From positions 20,040 to 84,039 of the forward strand of contig DATIWG010000050.1 of assembly GCA_035519555.1 (NCBI GenBank): DNA of 64,000 nt, in the 5' to 3' direction. The position numbers and the translations under genes were made by a program. Within the stretch, counting starts at the first letter, position 1, and each line of letters opens with the position of its first letter. Below the pieces are notes generated by a model, which saw only the letters and a list, made by a program, of their open reading frames with translations, did not search any database and had not been told where the DNA came from. Origin of the DNA: Nitrosotalea sp. (lineage in GTDB: Bacteria; Methylomirabilota; Methylomirabilia; Rokubacteriales; CSP1-6). This document shows positions 57,489 through 64,000 of this stretch, in pieces.

Positions 57489-59114
57489 TCACATCCCCTC
57501 GAGACCGGGCGCCCCTGCCCCTTCTTCCTTCTTCTCCGGAATCTCGGTCAGGGTGGCTTCGGTCAGCAGCAGCAGGCTGGCGACCGAGACCGCGTTCTCG
57601 AGCGCGACGCGAACGACCTTGGTGGGGTCGATGATGCCGGCGTCCACCAGGTCGACGTACTCCTTGCGGGCGGCGTCGAAGCCCATGTTGCCTTTACCGA
57701 TCCGCATCTGGTTCACCACCACCCCGCCGTCGACCGACGAGTTCTCGGCGATCTGGCGGGTGGGCGACTCCAGGGCGCGCCGGAGGATCTGCAGGCCCGT
57801 GCGCTCGTCGCCCTCACACTTGCCTTCCTCCCGCTCCACCGCCTCGATCGCCCTCAAGAGCGCGAGCCCGCCGCCGGGCACGATGCCCTCGGCCACCGCG
57901 GCCTTGGTCGCGCTGATGGCGTCGTCGAGCGCCTCCTTCTTGCTCTTCATCTCCGACTCGGAGGGCGCCCCCACCCGGATGACGGCGACGCCTCCCGAGA
58001 GCTTGGCGAGCCGCTCCTGCAGCTTCTCGCGGTCGTAGTCACTGGTGGTCTTGTCGATCTGGGCCCGGATCTGCTGCCGGCGGCCATCGATGTGCGCCTT
58101 GTCGCCCGCGCCGCCGATGAGCGTGGTGTTGTCCTTGTCGACGACGACCCGGTTGGCCCGGCCGAGATCCTCGATGTTGACCGCCTCGAGCTTGATGCCG
58201 ATCTCCTCGGTGAGCACGCGGCTGCCGGTCAGCACGCCCATGTCCTCGAGCATCTCCTTCCGCCGGTCGCCGAAGCCGGGAGCCTTGACCGCGGCACACT
58301 TGAGCGAGCCCCGGATCTTGTTGACCACGAGGGTGGCCAGCGCCTCGCCCTCCACGTCCTCGGCCACGATCAGGATCGACCGGCCCGCTCGCGCGACCTG
58401 CTCGAGGATCGGGACCAGATCCTTCATCACGCCGATCTTCCGGTCGGTGAGCAGGATCAGCGTGTCCTCGAGCACCGCCTCCATCTTCTCGGCATCGGTG
58501 ATGAAGTACGGCGAGAGGTAGCCGCGGTCGAACTGCAGGCCCTCGACCACCTCGAGCTGGGTCTCGGTGGTCTTGGACTCCTCCACCGTGATCACCCCCT
58601 CGTTGCCCACCTTTTCCATCGCATCGGCGACCATGTCGCCGATGCTCTGGTCGTTGTGAGCGGAGATGGTGGCGATCTGGGCCTTCTCCAGGCGGCTCTT
58701 CACCGGGCGCGAGAGCAGCTTCAGCGCGTCCACCGCCACGCGAGCCCCGCGATCGAGCCCCTTCTTGAGATCCACCGCGCTCGCTCCGGCCACCACGTTC
58801 CGCACGCCGTCGGCGAAGATGGCATGGGCGAGGATGGTGGAGGTGCTGGTGCCGTCTCCCACCGCGTCGCCGGTCCGCTCCGCGGCCTGGCGGATCATCT
58901 GAGCTCCCAGATTCTCGACGTGGTCCCGGAGCTCCATCTCCTTGGCGATGGTCACGCCGTCGTTGCACACCACCGGCGTACCGAATCGCTTCTCCAGGAG
59001 CACGCACTTGGACTTCGGTCCGAGGGTGACTCGAACCGCATCGGCCAGGGCGGTGACACCGCGGAGGATTCGCTCACGGGCCTCGGACCGGAAGAGCACT
59101 TGCTTGGAAGCCAT
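57489..59114 (-). CDS. groL: Chaperonin GroEL
   Basis: 541 aa, full-length GroEL with C-terminal G/M-rich tail; no groES immediately upstream. Confidence 0.95.
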   Translation of the reverse strand: MASKQVLFRSEARERILRGVTALADAVRVTLGPKSKCVLLEKRFGTPVVCNDGVTIAKEMELRDHVENLGAQMIRQAAERTGDAVGDGTSTSTILAHAIFADGVRNVVAGASAVDLKKGLDRGARVAVDALKLLSRPVKSRLEKAQIATISAHNDQSIGDMVADAMEKVGNEGVITVEESKTTETQLEVVEGLQFDRGYLSPYFITDAEKMEAVLEDTLILLTDRKIGVMKDLVPILEQVARAGRSILIVAEDVEGEALATLVVNKIRGSLKCAAVKAPGFGDRRKEMLEDMGVLTGSRVLTEEIGIKLEAVNIEDLGRANRVVVDKDNTTLIGGAGDKAHIDGRRQQIRAQIDKTTSDYDREKLQERLAKLSGGVAVIRVGAPSESEMKSKKEALDDAISATKAAVAEGIVPGGGLALLRAIEAVEREEGKCEGDERTGLQILRRALESPTRQIAENSSVDGGVVVNQMRIGKGNMGFDAARKEYVDLVDAGIIDPTKVVRVALENAVSVASLLLLTEATLTEIPEKKEEGAGAPGLEGM

Positions 59115-59131
59115 GTCCTGTTCTCCCTCTG

Positions 59132-59677
59132 CTAGTGACCCGTCCCCACCGCTCCGGTCCGGAGCGGTGGGTGCACGGGAAACTGCGATTCGTGGACGGC
59201 GAAGCGGCCGGGCCGGGCCTCGGCGAGGCTCACGTAGTCGTGCGCGAGCATGCGGATCGCGGTTCGATGGTCGCCGGTCGGCAGCGTGATCTCGCGCTGC
59301 TCGAGCAGCGCCTCCTCGACGATGGTGGGAACGCCGAAGATCCGACCGAACGGAGGGACGGCGCCCACCTCGCAGCCGGGAAACGCCGCCAGCATCTCCT
59401 CGACCGTGGCCAGACGGACCTCGCCACGGCCGATCAGGCCCTTGAGGCGATTCAGGTCAGCCCTGCAGCACGCCGGCAGAACCGCGAGCGCCAGACCGAC
59501 CGGATCCTTGACCACGAGCGTCTTGGCCCACGACCAGCCCGAGACGTGGGCGTGGGCCGCTTCTTCCTGCGACGTGAACGCCTCGCGGTGGGTGACCCGC
59601 TCGTAGCGGACGCCCCGGACCCCGAGCAGCTCTTCCAGTCGCTCATTCATGACGTCCGAAGGACTTGCAAGCGACAT
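59132..59677 (-). CDS. YbaK/ProX-family aminoacyl-tRNA deacylase-like protein
   Basis: YbaK domain features (KTLVVKD, GAVPPFG); start may be M10 at 59650. Confidence 0.65.
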   Translation of the reverse strand: MSLASPSDVMNERLEELLGVRGVRYERVTHREAFTSQEEAAHAHVSGWSWAKTLVVKDPVGLALAVLPACCRADLNRLKGLIGRGEVRLATVEEMLAAFPGCEVGAVPPFGRIFGVPTIVEEALLEQREITLPTGDHRTAIRMLAHDYVSLAEARPGRFAVHESQFPVHPPLRTGAVGTGH

Positions 59678-59781
59678 ACCCTCGCGTAGAGCATCGAAAA
59701 GAAAGGCGACTCGCGGCCGCGCGGCACGGACAGGCCGAGCAGGCCCGCCTCAGGTGGGACAGCGCCTCCCCGCTCCGGCGG

Positions 59782-60975
59782 TCAGCAGACGGGATGCGCG
59801 CCGCGGACCAGCTCGGCCCGGAAGGCGGGCAAACGGCCCAGCTCGGCCTCGACGACCCCGCGGATCTCCCCCTCGACGTCCTGCAGCACGGTGCCGGGTA
59901 GCAGGCGTACCTGGACACCCGTCCATGGCCGGTCCACGGGCTCACCGATGCGCGCGACCATGTGGACGTAGACCTCACGGAGGGACGGGCATCGGGCCTG
60001 GACGAGGCGGGCCATCCGGTGGGTCAGGACGCTGTACACCTTGCCGGCGTGCGCCGCGGGGTTCTTGCCGGCGGTGGCCTCGCCGCCGGTCGGCCGTGAG
60101 AAGGCGATGAGCCCGTTGGCGCGGTTGCCGCGTCCCACCTGGCCGGAGTCGGCGTCCTCGGCCGAGGTCCCGGTCAGCGTGAGGTACACGCCCTCGGTGC
60201 CCTGCCCTTGCCGGTCGAGACAGTTCAGCCGCCAGTCGACATCGAAGGGCGCGGAGCCGAAGCGCGTGGTGAGGTCGTGGAGGATCTCATCCTTGCGCGC
60301 GAAGTACGCGGCTTCGGATCCCGTGACGAGGCACGACAGCGGCATGGCCAGCGTCACGGCCAGCCGACGGTCCTCGCGCACGCCCATGACCTTGACGTCC
60401 TGTCCCGTGTCCGGGAAGGCGGCCTTGAACTGCGTCGAGTTCAGGTATCGCTCGATCGCGAGCACGAGCTCCTCGGTGGGGCTGAGGGGCGCGTAGCCCG
60501 ACGCGCCGGACGTGTCGTTCGAGGCGATCGCGACGTCGCCCGTGTAGACGCCCCGGAGCTCCTCGGAGCCGGGCGCGAGCGCCACCCGCGTGACGAGATC
60601 CTTGCCCGGCCTTACCCCGGGCAGGTGCGCGCCCACCCATTCGTCCACCGCATGGCGCACCGTCTCCGCGACCGGGAGGGCGCGGCCGTTCAGGACATCG
60701 GTCGCCCGATCCCCGATGATCAGCTCCATGGGGCGCGTCACCTCGCCTCCACCGAAGCGCTTGGCGCACTGGCCCGCCACCAGCAACGCCTTGTCGACGT
60801 TGTAGTGCGCGATGACGCCGGTCCGCTCGATGTACATGCGACCGAGCGCCACCGAGGCCGCCTCGGCCACCGAGTCGCAGATGGTGTCGGGGTGGCCGAG
60901 CCCTTTCCGCTCCACCACCTCGATGCGCCGGTCGGGAACCGGCGTGCCCCCGATCGCCTCGATGGCGAGGCTCAT
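59782..60975 (-). CDS. mat: Archaeal-type S-adenosylmethionine synthetase (methionine adenosyltransferase)
   Basis: 397 aa; VERKGLGHPDTICD motif is characteristic of archaeal-type MAT rather than bacterial MetK. Confidence 0.8.
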   Translation of the reverse strand: MSLAIEAIGGTPVPDRRIEVVERKGLGHPDTICDSVAEAASVALGRMYIERTGVIAHYNVDKALLVAGQCAKRFGGGEVTRPMELIIGDRATDVLNGRALPVAETVRHAVDEWVGAHLPGVRPGKDLVTRVALAPGSEELRGVYTGDVAIASNDTSGASGYAPLSPTEELVLAIERYLNSTQFKAAFPDTGQDVKVMGVREDRRLAVTLAMPLSCLVTGSEAAYFARKDEILHDLTTRFGSAPFDVDWRLNCLDRQGQGTEGVYLTLTGTSAEDADSGQVGRGNRANGLIAFSRPTGGEATAGKNPAAHAGKVYSVLTHRMARLVQARCPSLREVYVHMVARIGEPVDRPWTGVQVRLLPGTVLQDVEGEIRGVVEAELGRLPAFRAELVRGAHPVC

Positions 60976-61046
60976 GGTGATCCCGCGAGGCCGACCCGCG
61001 AGCGGAGAGGCGCCCGGTCGCGTATCGTACGGGCGGAACCGGCACC

Positions 61047-62102
61047 ATGCAGACGATCGATGCCTCCCACGGCGAAGGGGGCGGGCAGCTGCTTCGCACC
61101 GCGCTCTCGCTCTCGGTCGCCCTCGGCCGGCCGGTCACGCTCCGCCAGATTCGCGCCCGGCGATCCCGGCCGGGACTGCAGCCGCAGCATCTCACCGTGG
61201 TCCGGGCCCTCGCCGCGATCAGTGATGCCGTGGTCACGGGCGATGCGCTCGACTCCACCGAGGTGACATTCGTCCCCCGGACGCTGCGCGGCGGCACCTA
61301 CCACTTCGACATCGGCGCCATCCGGGGCAGCGCCGGATCGGTGTCTCTGCTCTTCCAGGCGCTCGCTCTGCCGCTCGCGATGGCCACGGAGCCGTCCACG
61401 CTCTTGCTCCGCGGCGGCACCCACGTGCCCTGGAGTCCTCCCGTGCCGTACCTGACCTCGGTCTTCGTACCGGCGATCGGCCGCATCGGGGTACGGGCCG
61501 CGCTCACGCTGCGGCGCTGGGGCTGGTACCCCGCCGGAGGAGGAGAGGTGGAAGCCTCGATCACTCCCAGCCGGAACTGGAGCGCCGTGAGGTGGGAGCA
61601 TCACGCCGGGCCGCCGACAATCGAGGGCATCTCCGCGGTGTCGCGCCTGCCGCTCTCCATCGCCGAGCGACAACGGACGCGGGCACGGGCTCGGCTCACC
61701 GCTTCCGGGCTGTCCCCCCAGATCGCCATCCTGGAAGACACCACCGCTCGTGGCCCGGGGACGCTGCTGATGGTCACCGCCACCGGCGAACCGGCGATCG
61801 CCGGCTTCTCCGCCCTCGGCCGGCGAGGCGTCCGCGCCGAGGCGGTAGCGGACGAGGCGGTCGACCCGCTCATCGACTATCTGCACAGCGGGGCCACCGT
61901 GGACGATCATCTGGCCGACCAGCTCATCCCGTTCCTCGCGCTCGCGGGATCTGCCTCGGTATTCACCTGCCCGACGCTCTCGAGCCACGTGCGTGCGGTG
62001 GCGTGGCTCGTCGAGCAGATGCTTCCCGTCCGAGTCACCCTCGGTGAGGGTCGGCCGGCCCGGGTCGTCATCGACTCGAGCACAGGTCGGGCGCCGGGAT
62101 GA
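61047..62102 (+). CDS. rtcA: RNA 3'-terminal phosphate cyclase
   Basis: N-terminal EGGGQLLRTALSLS motif and RtcA fold length. Confidence 0.85.
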   Translation: MQTIDASHGEGGGQLLRTALSLSVALGRPVTLRQIRARRSRPGLQPQHLTVVRALAAISDAVVTGDALDSTEVTFVPRTLRGGTYHFDIGAIRGSAGSVSLLFQALALPLAMATEPSTLLLRGGTHVPWSPPVPYLTSVFVPAIGRIGVRAALTLRRWGWYPAGGGEVEASITPSRNWSAVRWEHHAGPPTIEGISAVSRLPLSIAERQRTRARARLTASGLSPQIAILEDTTARGPGTLLMVTATGEPAIAGFSALGRRGVRAEAVADEAVDPLIDYLHSGATVDDHLADQLIPFLALAGSASVFTCPTLSSHVRAVAWLVEQMLPVRVTLGEGRPARVVIDSSTGRAPG

Positions 62103-62108
62103 CATGGC

Positions 62109-62402
62109 TCACGCGGGCAGCACGATCTCGAAGCGCTCCCACGGCAGCGCCGTCCAGGTCTCCGTCTGCCCGTGGCCATAGGAGCGGATGATCATCACCA
62201 CCTTCGCCGCGATGGTCTCGTCGGGAGCTTCGAAGATGTCGAGGTAGTCGTAGGGGCCGAGGATCGCATAGTTCGCGAGCCACTTGACCTGAGGGCACTC
62301 CCTTCGCACGTGATCGGCGACGACCTTTTCCAGTCGCTTGAGCTCTCCGGGCGTCTTGACCGCTTCGGGTGTCAAGCGCGTCAGCACCACGTAGGTTGGC
62401 AT
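62109..62402 (-). CDS. GYD domain protein
   Basis: 97 aa GYD family (GPYDYLDIFEAPDE). Confidence 0.8.
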   Translation of the reverse strand: MPTYVVLTRLTPEAVKTPGELKRLEKVVADHVRRECPQVKWLANYAILGPYDYLDIFEAPDETIAAKVVMIIRSYGHGQTETWTALPWERFEIVLPA

Positions 62403-62603
62403 CGCTCACTCTCCTTGTCTCTCATCTACCACTCCGGCGCGGCCAGACGCTCGGCCACGGCTCGGCAGGAGCCGACGGCATTGGCGTGGGCGAGCGGATT
62501 GCCGGCCAGGAGCGGAACGGGTGCACCCCCGTACCGCGCCACGCCGAATGGAAAGCGCGGGCGTCCCACGCGGCGCCTGCCGGAGGCCGGGCTGCGCCAC
62601 CGC

Positions 62604-63737
62604 TCACAGGGGATACCGCAGCTCAGCCGCGATGCCACCCGCCGCGGCGAGGGGCTGGTGGGCCTCGATCGTCTCCACGCTACCGCCGGTCGCCACCACA
62701 CGCTCGGCCATCGCCTCACCGAGCTCCACCGTCGTGGCCTCACCGCCGCACGCCGGGCAGTTCCAGGTGAAGCCCTGGCGGAGCGCGCCGCATCCAGAGC
62801 AGGCCCGGCCGGGGGTGCTCCATCCCTTGAGGAGATAGAGCCGGTGAATGGCCCCGCGGTTAGCGGCCTCCAGGGTCGCATCGAGCCCGGCCGCTGCCTT
62901 GCCCCGCTTTGCCGCGGCGGTCAGCACCCCGTCGACCCCGACCGCCTCCCGCTGCGCCTCCACATGCGGCATGTACTCGGCCGCCCGCGCGAGGATGAGA
63001 TCCGTTGTCTCGTGCCGGGCCCCGGTCACGACTCCCACGATGTAGGCCGCGACGCGGGGCGGCAGCTCCTTCCGGAAGACCGCCAAGTTGCGCGTCTCTC
63101 CCGCCAGCACGATCCGCCGGACGCCGTGACCGTCCACGACCCCGATCAGGCTCTCCGCCACCGCCTCGAAGTGGCGGGCTCGATGATCCTGGATGTGTCG
63201 CTGGTATCGCGACTGCGCCATCTGCGCCCAGCCTCCGCGGCTGTGGTGACCGGGCACGTCCGATCGGAGCGCAACCTCCTCACCGGCGCCGCTGGCCGTG
63301 AGGGTCACGAGTCGCGCGGACTCCGCGTCGACGAACACCACCAGCGTCGGCGGGGCCATCTCACAGACCTCGGCGAGCGGGCGGAGCAGCGGGGTCTCGG
63401 CCACCGCGAAGGTGTTCTCGAAGGGAGCCCGGCTGCGCAGCGTCTCCCGAAGATCCAGGGCGCCGCATGCGAAGAGCGCCACCCCGGCGGCGTCGGGCAT
63501 CGTGGTCTGGCTCAGGAGGGCCTCGCCCTGCGTCTCGACCCAGTCCAGATCGGCCGCCGCGGCGCGGAGGTGGGCGGCACGGCGCGCCTTGGCGAGCTCG
63601 TTCTTGAGGAAGATCCGGACCCGATCGCGCTGATGCTCGTCCGTCCAGTGCGTGTCGAGATAGACCGTCACGACCGGCGTGGGCGCCGGTCCGATCCGGG
63701 CAAGCTCGGTCATCCGGTCCTTGAGGTCCATGACCAT
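62604..63737 (-). CDS. eRF1-like (bacterial archaeo-eukaryotic release factor family) protein with C-terminal zinc ribbon
   Basis: About 377 aa with eRF1-domain-like central region and C-terminal CSGCG...CPACGG; the 51 aa N-terminal extension in the track ORF is ignored. Confidence 0.55.
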   Translation of the reverse strand: MVMDLKDRMTELARIGPAPTPVVTVYLDTHWTDEHQRDRVRIFLKNELAKARRAAHLRAAAADLDWVETQGEALLSQTTMPDAAGVALFACGALDLRETLRSRAPFENTFAVAETPLLRPLAEVCEMAPPTLVVFVDAESARLVTLTASGAGEEVALRSDVPGHHSRGGWAQMAQSRYQRHIQDHRARHFEAVAESLIGVVDGHGVRRIVLAGETRNLAVFRKELPPRVAAYIVGVVTGARHETTDLILARAAEYMPHVEAQREAVGVDGVLTAAAKRGKAAAGLDATLEAANRGAIHRLYLLKGWSTPGRACSGCGALRQGFTWNCPACGGEATTVELGEAMAERVVATGGSVETIEAHQPLAAAGGIAAELRYPL

Positions 63738-63741
63738 CTCG

Positions 63742-64000
63742 CTAGGCGCGGCGCGCGCGCTTGGCCGGACGCGGCTTCTCGCCGGTCTGGGCGCGACTGG
63801 CCGCGAAGTACTTCTTGGGATGCCGCTTGTTCTCTCGGTCCCGCTCGCGGTAGCGCTCGAGCAGGCGATCGAGGACGACGAAGGCCGCATCGAAGGCGAG
63901 CCGCGGCGTATCCGCCGACCGCTCGACGCGGACGCTGGGGCGATACGGCAGGCGAATGGTCAGGGCACACCGGTTTGCGGGGCCCCCCTTCGGCCCGTTG
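63742..64000 (-). CDS. hpf: Ribosome hibernation promoting factor/RaiA-like, 5' end outside window (only the C-terminal part present)
   Basis: Minus-strand frame gives ...ALTIRLPYRPSVRVERSADTPRLAFDAAFVVLDRLLERYRERDRENKRHPKKYF..., matching the HPF C-terminal pattern; stop lies 4 nt before the downstream gene start. Absent from the ORF track because the start is outside the window. Confidence 0.45.
   Translation of the reverse strand, partial: NGPKGGPANRCALTIRLPYRPSVRVERSADTPRLAFDAAFVVLDRLLERYRERDRENKRHPKKYFAASRAQTGEKPRPAKRARRA

Noticed and set aside
59678-59781. Searched for a CIRCE/HrcA element or sigma54 site upstream of the ybaK-groEL run
   Set aside because: No TTAGCACTC-N9-GAGTGCTAA-like palindrome and no GG-N10-GC/TTGCA match found by eye.
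63710-63970. Track ORF (86 aa, minus strand) at the window end
   Set aside because: An Arg/Pro-rich shadow frame; another frame on the same strand encodes an HPF-like C-terminus and was preferred.

Overview
A 64 kb chromosomal segment at roughly 70% GC from a bacterium, with about 70 protein-coding genes packed into long, mostly minus-strand operons whose stop and start codons often overlap (ATGA or GTGA). No rRNA, tRNA, CRISPR array, transposase or integrase was seen. The content is dominated by stress and dormancy functions: five universal stress proteins, seven CBS-domain proteins, two Hsp20, GroEL without an adjacent GroES, Lon, Pcm, a BON-domain protein, HdeD, an HU/IHF-like protein, a truncated ribosome hibernation factor, plus DNA repair genes (a full PolX, a second PolX-like protein, LigA) and RtcA. 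Envelope and lipid genes are also prominent: an LdtD/MepK-like pair, an MMPL exporter with two MlaC-like proteins, a PAP2 phosphatase, and an ACP-FAAL-acyltransferase fusion. Central metabolism is represented by ppsA, nadE, an acetyl-CoA synthetase followed by E1alpha, E1beta, E2 and an ACP, a truncated glutamate dehydrogenase, and an archaeal-type methionine adenosyltransferase. The most systematic signal is eleven sigma54-type promoters (TGGCAC-N5-TTGCA), each placed 10-45 nt upstream of the first gene of an operon, which suggests one sigma54-dependent stress or dormancy regulon. The best candidates for undescribed systems are (i) an MMPL / MlaC-like / PEP-utilising phosphotransferase / PAP2 / flippase-like lipid-modification locus, (ii) a 2-oxoacid dehydrogenase E1-E2 operon ending in a coupled ACP with no E3, and (iii) an HU / CBS / COG2403 / sHsp / Lon / LdtD / MepK-like coupled operon. 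Many alternative-frame ORFs in the supplied track with Arg/Pro/Gly-rich translations are high-GC shadow ORFs and were ignored. Coordinates for starts inside track ORFs were computed arithmetically from the track's ORF ends; promoter coordinates may be off by 1-2 nt.
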